Shown here piece after piece: positions 9,644 through 18,502 of a stretch of 64,000 nucleotides of DNA. The notes under the pieces are model-generated. The model worked only from the letters and a program-made list of their open reading frames with translations. It made no database searches and was not told the DNA's origin. The DNA lies in contig OZ240219.1 in NCBI GenBank assembly GCA_965197645.1, forward strand, positions 1,696,001-1,760,000. The letters are read 5' to 3'. Source of the DNA: Dehalococcoidia bacterium (lineage in GTDB: Bacteria; Chloroflexota; Dehalococcoidia; Plut-88900). Position 1 is the first letter of the stretch, and the number at the start of each line of letters is the position of its first letter. A program made the translations under genes and the position numbers.

Positions 9644-11130
9644 ACACTGAAACAGAGATAGATACCAACGCTGTCCCTTTCCTGGGGCAGCTGGCAGCAC
9701 ATATCCGAGACCACGCCGGCGAAACCTACCTGGTTGGCGGGTTCCTGCGGGACACTCTCCTGGGTCGATCGACCGGTGACATCGACCTGGCGGTTACGGG
9801 CCCCTTCGAGTCCCTGGCTGGGACCATCGCAGACTCCTTGAACGGTACCCTCGTAGTGCTGGGCAAAGAGGAGCGGGTTGCCCGGGTAGTCTTATCCACT
9901 GACGAAGTCCGCCAGATAGACATCACGCCCATCACCGAGGACATAGCCTCGGATCTGGCGCGCCGAGACTTCACCATAGATGCCCTGGCCGTCTCACTGG
10001 ATTACGCAAACGGCGCACCCTGCGTTGCCGACGTCATCGATCCATTCGGCGGGGTGAAGGACCTTCGAAAAGGGGTAGTCCAGGCAGTGGGTACGGAGGT
10101 CTTCCGAAACGATCCGGTGAGGATGATGAGGGCGGTCCGGCTGTCGGCCGAGCTCGGCTTCTCCATAGACCGGGACACTCGGACCCTCATCAGAAGAGAC
10201 TGCCAGCTGTTGAAGGGAGTACCGGCCGAACGGACAACAGCCGAGTTGTGTCTCATCCTCGCCTCGAACCGCACACACCAATCGCTTGGACTGATGGAGG
10301 ACCTGGGCCTGCTGCGACTGATCATACCGGAGCTGGATGAAAGCATAGGCGTAGAACAGCCGAAGGAACACTACTGGGAGGTCTACGAGCATTTGCTGGA
10401 AACGGTACGCGCCGTCGAGCAGGTCATGGGCGAGACCACCGAAGAGCCCGATGCGTTCATAGGTTCCCTGGACTGGACTGGCGAGTACCTTCATTACCTG
10501 AATGAAGAAATGGCGGGTCCCTGCTCCAGGCGGGGCCTTGCGAAACTGGCGGCGCTTCTACACGACGTGGCCAAACCCCGGACCAAGACCATCCAACCCG
10601 ACGGTAGGATGAGGTTCTTCGGCCACTCCCAAGTTGGAGCCGAAATGGTGGGCCCAATCATGAGGAGGTTGCGGTTCGGTACGCGGGAGACGAGGCACGT
10701 GGAAGCCATAGTACTCCACCATCTCCGGCCGGGCCTGATGAACAGCCCCGGAGAGCCACCCACGCCTAGGGCGATCTACAAGTTCTTCCGCGACGCCGGC
10801 CGCTCCGCCGTGGACACCGTTCTGGTCAACCTATCCGATTACAGGGCCACCCGCGGGCCGATGCTTACCTGGGATGAATGGACCAGATACACGGAAAACT
10901 GCAAGCGTATCCTATCCAAGGGTCTGGAACAGAAGGCCCCTCGCCCTAAGCCCCTGGTCACGGGACATGATCTGATGAAGACGCTGCGAATATCCGAGGG
11001 CCCGCTGGTGGGAAGGCTGCTCGAAGAAGTTAGGGAAGCCCTGGCTGCCGGAGAGATCGATACCCGGGAGCAGGCCCTGGAACTGGCCGGGAAAAAGGTT
11101 GGAGCCTCGGTATCTGAAAGTACCGATTGA
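9640..11130 (+). CDS. Class II tRNA nucleotidyltransferase with HD domain (probably CC-adding type)
   Basis: VGGFLRD..DIDL, DLARRDFT, DPxRxxR, LHDVAKP HD domain. Confidence 0.85.
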   Translation: MNTETEIDTNAVPFLGQLAAHIRDHAGETYLVGGFLRDTLLGRSTGDIDLAVTGPFESLAGTIADSLNGTLVVLGKEERVARVVLSTDEVRQIDITPITEDIASDLARRDFTIDALAVSLDYANGAPCVADVIDPFGGVKDLRKGVVQAVGTEVFRNDPVRMMRAVRLSAELGFSIDRDTRTLIRRDCQLLKGVPAERTTAELCLILASNRTHQSLGLMEDLGLLRLIIPELDESIGVEQPKEHYWEVYEHLLETVRAVEQVMGETTEEPDAFIGSLDWTGEYLHYLNEEMAGPCSRRGLAKLAALLHDVAKPRTKTIQPDGRMRFFGHSQVGAEMVGPIMRRLRFGTRETRHVEAIVLHHLRPGLMNSPGEPPTPRAIYKFFRDAGRSAVDTVLVNLSDYRATRGPMLTWDEWTRYTENCKRILSKGLEQKAPRPKPLVTGHDLMKTLRISEGPLVGRLLEEVREALAAGEIDTREQALELAGKKVGASVSESTD

Positions 11131-11183
11131 AATCCGTTGCAATTCGTTAATAAACAATAGTGAAGGACTAAGCTGGAGTCGAT

Positions 11184-13601
11184 TTGTTCTCTATTCTCAG
11201 ACTGTTAAGGTATTTGCCGAAGGGCAACGCCCTTCGATTGCTGATAGTAGGCGTGATCTTCGTCCTGGGGCTCATGGCCTTGGCGTTCAACGACCTTTCC
11301 CCCTTTGGCATCGACCGGCAGGGGTTCAGGCAAGGGCTGGACATACAGGGCGGGAGCCACCTGGTGTACGAGGCCCGAGCCGACGAGGACGGGGATATCA
11401 ACGTTACACAAGCCCAGATGGAGGGAGTTGCCAGAATCATCCGCAGGCGGGTGGATGCCTTCGGAGTCGCAGAGCCCATAGTGCAGCGGGTCGGCGACCA
11501 TCGGATCATGGTCCAGATTCCCGGAGTAAGGGACGTGGAGAGGGCCAAGAAGCTGATCGGCGCCACGGCCCAACTGGACTTCCGGGAGCAGAGACTTCGA
11601 GAAGACGGCACCCCCGTTATCGATCTGAACGGGAGCATAATCTGGGACCCGGCCATGGGCACCGGTCGCAGCGGGCAGGCGGTGCACCTGACGGGTCAGT
11701 TCATGCTGCCCAACTCCCAGGTGATCGTTGATCCCACGACGAACCTGCCCAACGTGGCGTTTCAGCTCAATGGCGATGGAGCCAGGCTCTTCGAGCAGAT
11801 CACCGAAAGGCTTCTCGGCCAGCCCCTGGGAATCTTCCTGGACGATCTCTTGATTTCCGCTCCCACCGTTCAAGCGGTAATCCGTGAAAACGGTGTGATT
11901 AGCAACCTCAGCTTGGACGAGGCGGAAGACCTGTCCATTGAGCTTAACGCAGGCGCCCTGCCCATACCAATAGAGCTCATCCGGGAGCAGGACGTGGACG
12001 CTACGCTGGGGCAGGAATCGGTGGACAAGAGCATGGTGGCCGCGGTGATTGGCCTGCTGGCCGTGTTGGTCTTCATGATGCTCTACTACCGTCTGCCCGG
12101 AGCGTTGGCGGCGTGCGCCCTGGTGATTTACGGCATCGTGGTGCTTTGCTCCTTCAAGCTGATACCCGTCACCCTGACCCTATCGGGTCTCGCAGGGTTC
12201 ATACTCTCCATCGGTATGGCGGTGGACGCAAACATCCTGATATTCGAACGTCTGAAAGAGGAGCTCAGGTCCGGAAGAAGTTTGAGAGCCGCCGTCGAGG
12301 CCGGATTCAACCGTGCCTGGCCGGCTATCCGAGACAGCAACGTGTCCACCCTGCTGACCTGCGGCATCCTGTTTTGGTTCGGCGATAAGCTGGGTACCCC
12401 GCTGGTGACCGGGTTCGCAGTGGCCCTTGCCATCGGTGTGGTTACCAGCATGTTTACGGCCATGTTCGTAACCCGCAGCTTCCTCCGGTTCTTCATCGGC
12501 CCCAACCTGGAGACCAAGCTGCATTACTTCAACGTGGACAGAAGAGTTCAAAACGATGAAGACCGAGAGGCAGCGCCGGCGGTCGGCAGGTTGGAGAACA
12601 CCCGGCTAAATCTGGTGGACCGGCGGATGTGGTACATCATTATCTCGGCGATAGTGATACTGCCCGGTTTGATGTCCCTGATCTTTCCACCGGCCTTCAA
12701 GCTCGGCATCGAGTTCTCCTCCGGCGCCACTATAGAGGTATCGTTCATCAATCCCCAGGACGTCGGGCTGCGGAGAGAAGCCCAGGTAACCACCTCGGCA
12801 ATCAGGGACGAGGTAGCCAACCTCGGGCACGGGGACGCCATCGTCCAGAAGCTGGGGTCCAACTCGTTCCTCATTCGAACGAAGGCACTGGCCTCCGGGG
12901 AGCTGGACGATCAGGGCAACGTGGGTCCATCAGAGAGCGAGATGATCAAGAATGCCCTGGAGAGGAGATACGGTCCAACCAGCATAGACAAATTCGAGAT
13001 ATCCTTCGTCTCGGCGATTGTAGCCGCGGAATCGGTGCGCAACGCGGGCATCGCAGTCCTCGTGGCTATATTGGGCATCTTCGTGTACATCGCCTACGCT
13101 TTTCGCAAGATGCCCCACTTCTTCCGGTATAGCTTCGCCGCAATCATCGCTCTCTTCCACGACGTGATCATCATCCTCGGGCTCTTCTCCATCTTGGGCA
13201 AAGTCATCGACATGGAGATCAGCACCATGTTCATCACCGGGCTGCTGGCGGTGATCGGCTACAGCATCAACGATACCATCGTAGTGCTGGACAGGGTGCG
13301 AGAGAACGTTCAGAACCGGGCGGGCGAGAGCTTCGAGCAGATAGTGAACAACAGTCTCCTGGAGACCATGGGCCGATCTATGAATACCAGTCTCACGACT
13401 GCGTTCATGCAGATATCTCTGCTGGTCATAGGCGGCGCCACGCTAAAGCCCTTCATCCTCGTCCTGTTTATCGGTACAATAGTCGGGACGTATAGCTCTA
13501 TCTTCATCGCTACGCAGCTGCTGGTTATCTGGGATAAGCAGGAGTTCGGGCAGCTGTGGCGCAGAGTGCAGGTCAGACTGGCCGGAGCCAGGGAAAACTA
13601 G
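11184..13601 (+). CDS. secDF: Fused protein translocase subunit SecDF
   Basis: SecD motifs GLDIQGG, GMAVDANILIFER; SecF motifs GIEFSSG, GYSINDTIVVLDRVRE in one ORF; start codon uncertain. Confidence 0.92.
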   Translation: MFSILRLLRYLPKGNALRLLIVGVIFVLGLMALAFNDLSPFGIDRQGFRQGLDIQGGSHLVYEARADEDGDINVTQAQMEGVARIIRRRVDAFGVAEPIVQRVGDHRIMVQIPGVRDVERAKKLIGATAQLDFREQRLREDGTPVIDLNGSIIWDPAMGTGRSGQAVHLTGQFMLPNSQVIVDPTTNLPNVAFQLNGDGARLFEQITERLLGQPLGIFLDDLLISAPTVQAVIRENGVISNLSLDEAEDLSIELNAGALPIPIELIREQDVDATLGQESVDKSMVAAVIGLLAVLVFMMLYYRLPGALAACALVIYGIVVLCSFKLIPVTLTLSGLAGFILSIGMAVDANILIFERLKEELRSGRSLRAAVEAGFNRAWPAIRDSNVSTLLTCGILFWFGDKLGTPLVTGFAVALAIGVVTSMFTAMFVTRSFLRFFIGPNLETKLHYFNVDRRVQNDEDREAAPAVGRLENTRLNLVDRRMWYIIISAIVILPGLMSLIFPPAFKLGIEFSSGATIEVSFINPQDVGLRREAQVTTSAIRDEVANLGHGDAIVQKLGSNSFLIRTKALASGELDDQGNVGPSESEMIKNALERRYGPTSIDKFEISFVSAIVAAESVRNAGIAVLVAILGIFVYIAYAFRKMPHFFRYSFAAIIALFHDVIIILGLFSILGKVIDMEISTMFITGLLAVIGYSINDTIVVLDRVRENVQNRAGESFEQIVNNSLLETMGRSMNTSLTTAFMQISLLVIGGATLKPFILVLFIGTIVGTYSSIFIATQLLVIWDKQEFGQLWRRVQVRLAGAREN

Positions 13602-13611
13602 GGGGTAGGAA

Positions 13612-14487
13612 ATGAGAGAGAAGCTGATTCCGCTGGAGCAGGTCAGCAAGCTGGTCCGGGACGGAGACCAGGTGCTGATGATGGGCGGCATGGAGTTCAC
13701 GCCCATGGCCGTCCTGAGAGAGATAGTCAGAGCCGGGGTCAAGGACCTCCACACCGTCGGAGTGGTAGGCGGGGCCATGAACCTGGACTTCCTCATCGGG
13801 GCCGGCGTCACAAACACCGTCGAAACCTGCGACCTGAGCCTGCCCCCGTATGCTCGGGTGGCTCCCAACTACCTGCGATACCAGAAGGCCGGCCGGGTCA
13901 AGATGAAGGACAACACCTGAGGGATCATGTACAGCATGGTCCAGGCTGGATCAATGGGAGTCCCCTTCGTGCCCACCCTTGGATACGCGGGCACCGACAT
14001 CCTTGAGCGTAGAGAGGACTTCAAGGTGATTCCACACCCCTTCGCGGAGGGTGAACGGATTGTGGTCGCCGAAGCCATTACCCCGGACGTGGCCCTCTTC
14101 CACGGCCCCAGGGCCGACAGGTTCGGGAATGTCCTGGCCGCGAATACGGGAGAGGCGCTGACACTGGCGCTGGCCTCCCGCAAGGTCATAGTCTCCGTCG
14201 AAGAGATTGTTGACGAGGTATCACCTCACGACCACGCCGGAGAGTACATACCCGCCCTGAACGTTACCGCGGTGGTGCATGCTCCCTTTGGGGCGCACCC
14301 CACCGGATGTCCCGGTTTCTACGAAGAAGACGTGGCCCACGTACAAGAGTACGTGGAGGCCTCGGCCTCCGACGATGCCTTCTCCGGGTACTTGGAGAGA
14401 TACGTCTTCGGCCCCGGGAGCCACGACTCTTATCTTGATAGGGTCGAGTTGAAGACCGAGGAGAAGGTGCCGGGACCGGTAGGTTAG
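13612..14487 (+). CDS. Family I CoA-transferase-fold alpha subunit (GctA/IpdA-like), probable selenoprotein with in-frame TGA at 13918-13920 (residue 103 of 291)
   Basis: ORFs 13612-13920 and 13927-14487 are in the same frame, joined by TGA-GGG-ATC; together they give one full-length alpha subunit (VRDGD, PDVALFH..RADRFGN, VSVEEIV, APFGAHPT). Confidence 0.8.
13921..13965 (+). promoter_or_regulatory. Putative bacterial SECIS hairpin
   Basis: CAGC 13932-35 pairs GCTG 13945-48; inner TG/CA closes a GUC loop 19 nt after the UGA; GATC/GATC or GGGA/TCCC lower stems. Confidence 0.5.
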
Positions 14488-15233
14488 TGTCCACTACCGG
14501 CGCCGACTGCAAACTGGAAGAGTACCTAGCGGTCCTCCTGTCGCGGGAGGTGCGGGACTTCGAGACCTCCGCCTGTGGAGCGCTCTCCTTCATACCGGCG
14601 GCCGGCCTGATCCTCGCCGAGTCTACTCACGCCTCTCACGGGGAGTACATCATCCTCGGCAGCCCGGCTTACCAGCCCTTCGCCTCTCCCAAAGACTTCC
14701 ACTACTTGGCCCAACGCGGGCAGATGGACCTGTTCTTCATCGGGGCAATCGAGATCGATAAGAGGGCGAATTTCAACCTCCACCTGATCGGTGACCCCGA
14801 CGAGCCGGATGTCCGGATGCCCGGCGGATACGGTACGGGCCTGCTTTACTACGCCGTGCCTCGCATCGTGCTGTTCCGTACCAAGCACGACAGGCGGACG
14901 TTCGTGGAAGAGGTCAATTTCGTGTCGGGGGCCGGCACGTCCCCCGAGGGGATAGCCAGGCGAAACCGAGAGGTCAGGGTGATCACACCGATGTCGATTA
15001 TGGAGCTGGACACGGAGACCCGTCTGCTAAAGCTGGTCTCGATACATGCCGGATACACCCTGGACGACGTTCAGGCAAACACTGGATTCGATCTGGGAGT
15101 GGACGGCGAAGCTCCGGTGACGCCTCCACCGACGAACGAGGAACTGACGAGTCTTCGTACCGTAGCGAAGCAGCGGATGATCGAGAGCGATACCTACGCC
15201 GATCTGGCCAGGTCTCTGATCAGAGAGCCCTAG
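14487..15233 (+). CDS. Family I CoA-transferase-fold beta subunit (GctB/IpdB-like)
   Basis: GAIEIDKRANFN, RMPGGYG, RTFVEEVNFVS, VQANTGFDL; GTG start overlaps alpha stop. Confidence 0.85.
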   Translation: MSTTGADCKLEEYLAVLLSREVRDFETSACGALSFIPAAGLILAESTHASHGEYIILGSPAYQPFASPKDFHYLAQRGQMDLFFIGAIEIDKRANFNLHLIGDPDEPDVRMPGGYGTGLLYYAVPRIVLFRTKHDRRTFVEEVNFVSGAGTSPEGIARRNREVRVITPMSIMELDTETRLLKLVSIHAGYTLDDVQANTGFDLGVDGEAPVTPPPTNEELTSLRTVAKQRMIESDTYADLARSLIREP

Positions 15234-16326
15234 CCCGTCTCAACCAGCTTTCGTCGAACCCGGGGCCGGTGTAGACGTTCTTGAGGGTGCGGACCCTTTC
15301 GATCCGCTCTTCAGCCAGCCGGTCTGCGGCTTGGGCCGTGGTCACTCCGTCCGCCTTGGACTTGGCTATGACGTTGGTCATCGTATCGTACACGTTGGCG
15401 GTCATGTCCATGGCGGCTTCCCGGCTGTAGCCCCCTATCTCGCACGCCACGGTTATGATCCCGCCGGGATTGATGGCGTAGTCCGGGGCGTAGAGAATTC
15501 CCGCATCGTGGAGCTCTTTGGCGTGCTCATCTTCCAGGAGCTGGTTGTTGGCCGCTCCGGCGACGATGGGGGACTTGAGCCGGGGTATTGTGTCGCTGTT
15601 TAGGACTCCGCCCAGAGCGCAGGGGGAGAAGATATCGCACTCTACGTCGTAGATATCATCAGGGCTGACTATAGTGGCGCCCATTTCGGAAGCCATGGCT
15701 ATTCGACCCTCGTTAATATCGGCGGCGATGATGTGAGCGCCTTCCTCTTTCAGGTACTCGGCGAAGCTGTAGGCGACCTTGCCGAATCCCTGTATTGCTA
15801 CCGTCTTACCCTCCAGCGAGTCTGAGCCGAAGACCTCTTTGCAGCAGGCCTGAGAGCCTTTGTAGATTCCATAGCCGGTGATCACCTCTGCGCCACCCAG
15901 ACCGCCCCGGGCCTCGGGCAGGCCCGATGCGTAGGGCGTCTCCTTCCGGACGTTGACCAGGTCGTCCACCACCGTACCCACGTCTTCAGTGGTGAGGTAC
16001 CGGCCGCCCAGGGTGTTGATGAATCGACCGTGGGCGCGGAACAGAGCTTCGGTCTTATCGGTGTTGGGGTCGCCGATGATGAGGGCTTTGCCGCCGCCCA
16101 GGTCCAGTCCGGCGAGGGAAGACTTGTAGGTCATGGCCCTGGCTAGGCGAAGTACGTCGAGAAGGGCCTCTTCTTCGGTGGCGAAGGGCCACATGCGGGT
16201 GCCGCCACAGGCCGGGCCCAGGGTGGTATCGTGAACGCAGATGAGGGCTTTCAGCCCCGCTTCCTTGTCGGTATAGATGGCCAGCTCTTCGTACTCGTAC
16301 TGGCCCATGTAATCGAAAATCTTCAA
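15220..16326 (-). CDS. Leu/Phe/Val dehydrogenase
   Basis: LGPACGGTR, MTYK, LGGGK, EDVGT, GFGKV, GAANNQL; converges on and overlaps the beta subunit by 14 bp. Confidence 0.92.
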   Translation of the reverse strand: MKIFDYMGQYEYEELAIYTDKEAGLKALICVHDTTLGPACGGTRMWPFATEEEALLDVLRLARAMTYKSSLAGLDLGGGKALIIGDPNTDKTEALFRAHGRFINTLGGRYLTTEDVGTVVDDLVNVRKETPYASGLPEARGGLGGAEVITGYGIYKGSQACCKEVFGSDSLEGKTVAIQGFGKVAYSFAEYLKEEGAHIIAADINEGRIAMASEMGATIVSPDDIYDVECDIFSPCALGGVLNSDTIPRLKSPIVAGAANNQLLEDEHAKELHDAGILYAPDYAINPGGIITVACEIGGYSREAAMDMTANVYDTMTNVIAKSKADGVTTAQAADRLAEERIERVRTLKNVYTGPGFDESWLRRARAL

Positions 16327-16473
16327 GGAGTCACCTCCACCGGTTCAATCAAAGCGCGATGGGGCAAGAGCTAGCTTTATTGGATGTTTCGACAGCCCCC
16401 CCCGCTGTGCGACCCTATGATAACACACGGTGCTGCCTATCGACCGGGGATTCGGGAGTTGCGGAGCTGGTCT

Positions 16474-17727
16474 CTACTCGGGGGAAGCTGTGGTCTCGGA
16501 GATGAGGGCTTCCCCTTCCGAGATGAGCTCCCGTTTTCTCTGCTCGGACCAACCCCTGGAATCGGACATCGAGTCGACGTAGGCTTTGAGGGAGTCCAGC
16601 GGGGTCATCGACTCTACGGACTGATCGCCCAGCCTGACGGTGCGCTCCCTTTCCACCTCTCTGGATATGGATGCGACGAAGTGGGCGTCGGACAGGGCTC
16701 TGCGGATCTCCGCCTCGCGGATGCCGGCGTCCAGCTCTGAGGGGACCTTGATGCGGAGGCGGACTATGGCGTCGGCGATCGAGTGTCGCTGTACCTCCCG
16801 GAGTACGACAGCCGTCGGGTCCAGATCGTCGGGTTTGACGTCGATGTCGATGGTGACGAAACGCCTGGCCTTTACCTGGTGGAACTGGTAGGAGGTAACC
16901 CGCTGGCCCTGGGGCAACGACGGGTCTATATCGACTACGTAGAATCCCTTGTCGTCCTTCTCTTCGCCGAAGTCCACCCGCTGCAGGCTGCCGCAGTACA
17001 CGACGGGCGGCGATTCGTTCAGCACCTGCATGCGATGGATGTGGCCGAGGCCGACGTAATCGAAGGTGGGCTGTGAAACGGTGCTTCGGAGCAGGACGTG
17101 ATCGCTGCCGACCATCATGCTCCGCTCCGAGCCGAGGGTGGCTTCGGATATGGACACGTGGGCGGTGAGGATGGAGGGGATGGAGGCGTCGAGGGCCTGG
17201 GACTCCTTCAGCACGTGGGCGGTCAGGATGTCCTCGATGCGCCGGTTCATCTCGTCGAAGGTGAGATTCTTTGCGGTGTCTCTCGCCAGGAGGACGCTGC
17301 GTCGAGGCCAGGGGATGGCGACGATCTGGACGGGGCCGGAGCGGGTCTCTATTCGGGTTGTGCCGGCGGTCCCGGCTACTGTGACGTTGTCGATGGCCAG
17401 GGTATCGAATATCTCGATGGCGGTGGCCCGGGCGAGGGCATTGGGTAGATCGTGGTTTCCCACCAGGAGGAAGACCTTGATGCCCTCTCCCGCCAGGCGG
17501 CCGATGCGCTTGGCGAACTCTCGCTGCTGGGTCTGGTTGGGCTCTCTGCTCTTGTAGGCGTCCCCGGCGAAGAGGACCAGGTCCACGGAGCTTTCTATGG
17601 CGAAGTCCACCAGCTCGTCGAAGGCGGCGAGGAAGTCTCCCATGCGGGTGGAGAGGCCGGTGGCGGGATCGGTGCGGCCATAGTTCTCCACGCCGATGTG
17701 CAGGTCAGAGAAGTGGAGTATACGCAT
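16474..17727 (-). CDS. sbcD: SbcD/Mre11 family DNA repair nuclease
   Basis: SDLHIG, AGDAY, VGNHD, AH, LGHIH phosphoesterase motifs; GSLQRVDFGE. Confidence 0.92.
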   Translation of the reverse strand: MRILHFSDLHIGVENYGRTDPATGLSTRMGDFLAAFDELVDFAIESSVDLVLFAGDAYKSREPNQTQQREFAKRIGRLAGEGIKVFLLVGNHDLPNALARATAIEIFDTLAIDNVTVAGTAGTTRIETRSGPVQIVAIPWPRRSVLLARDTAKNLTFDEMNRRIEDILTAHVLKESQALDASIPSILTAHVSISEATLGSERSMMVGSDHVLLRSTVSQPTFDYVGLGHIHRMQVLNESPPVVYCGSLQRVDFGEEKDDKGFYVVDIDPSLPQGQRVTSYQFHQVKARRFVTIDIDVKPDDLDPTAVVLREVQRHSIADAIVRLRIKVPSELDAGIREAEIRRALSDAHFVASISREVERERTVRLGDQSVESMTPLDSLKAYVDSMSDSRGWSEQRKRELISEGEALISETTASPE

Positions 17728-17931
17728 TAGGGGTGGGGTTGGGTATTTTACCTAGGGTTTGCGCCGGATTGACGCCGAACTCACTCGTCTAGTGTGCTGC
17801 TCCCTATGGAGACCTCAATGATAACAAACGGACGAAAAGAACGCCGGCGTTTACTGAAGAAGACGTTCTCTTGGGTTAAGTCCCGAATGCTATAGGTATC
17901 GCGGCTATGCTACAATGACATTGATTATGGT

Positions 17932-18375
17932 CTAGAATGGCAAATCGTCTGCTACCATCACGGGATCGTCTGAATTGCTTTCCCAATCAGCCAGCGCCCA
18001 CATTCCTTGGCCAAGACTCACAAATCTGGCGTCAGAACTTAGGTGAGCACCTGTATTCTTGACGGGGTCTTCCCCGGGTACATTGATGCCATAGTCAAGC
18101 AAATTGTCGTATATCGCCTTATAGTGCAATGGGGTTTGAGCACACCCCAGTATCTCGAACATCGTATCGTGCAAATCTTCTGACCGCAGTTGTTGACCTG
18201 CGGTGGCTCCTTCCCACTGGGAGTAGTCAGCGAGCATACCTCGATAATTCTCAACTTTCTCAGCGATGTGGTCGTATGAGGCTTGTGCCTCCTTCAATTG
18301 CCTGTCGCGATCTCCCAACTCTGCCTCCAACTCTTTCAGGCGTTTCGTTACGTCGCGGATTACGATACTACTCAT
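17932..18375 (-). CDS. Coiled-coil + HARE-like winged-HTH protein with SSB-like C-terminal DDLPF tail (147 aa)
   Basis: RBS AGGAGGAGG before ATG 18375; heptad-rich N-terminus; EILxxAxxPLHYKxI...AHLSSDARF...GxGxWxLxxW; ends VADDLPF. Confidence 0.7.
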   Translation of the reverse strand: MSSIVIRDVTKRLKELEAELGDRDRQLKEAQASYDHIAEKVENYRGMLADYSQWEGATAGQQLRSEDLHDTMFEILGCAQTPLHYKAIYDNLLDYGINVPGEDPVKNTGAHLSSDARFVSLGQGMWALADWESNSDDPVMVADDLPF

Positions 18376-18430
18376 AAAATTCCTCCTCCTAGCCCTTGAC
18401 AACATGACCCTAGTGTGTTCAATGAATGTG

Positions 18431-18502
18431 TGGAGAGGACGGGTATCGAACCCGCATCACCCGACTCTAACTCGGGTATCTTCCCCATTAGAAGACCTCC
18501 CC
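18431..18502 (-). tRNA. Non-canonical tRNA/tRNA-like gene: Ala-type acceptor, anticodon UAG, no encoded CCA
   Basis: GGGGAGG/CCUCUCC-A acceptor, U8, D-loop AAUGGGGA, anticodon arm CCCGA-GUUAGAG-UCGGG, 4-nt variable loop, T-arm GCGGG-UUCGAUA-CCCGU. Confidence 0.75.

Noticed and set aside
13612-14487. Pseudogene or genuine two-gene split of the CoA-transferase alpha subunit
   Set aside because: Single in-frame TGA at a predicted active-site position, downstream hairpin, intact partner gene and selB favour Sec; not fully excluded
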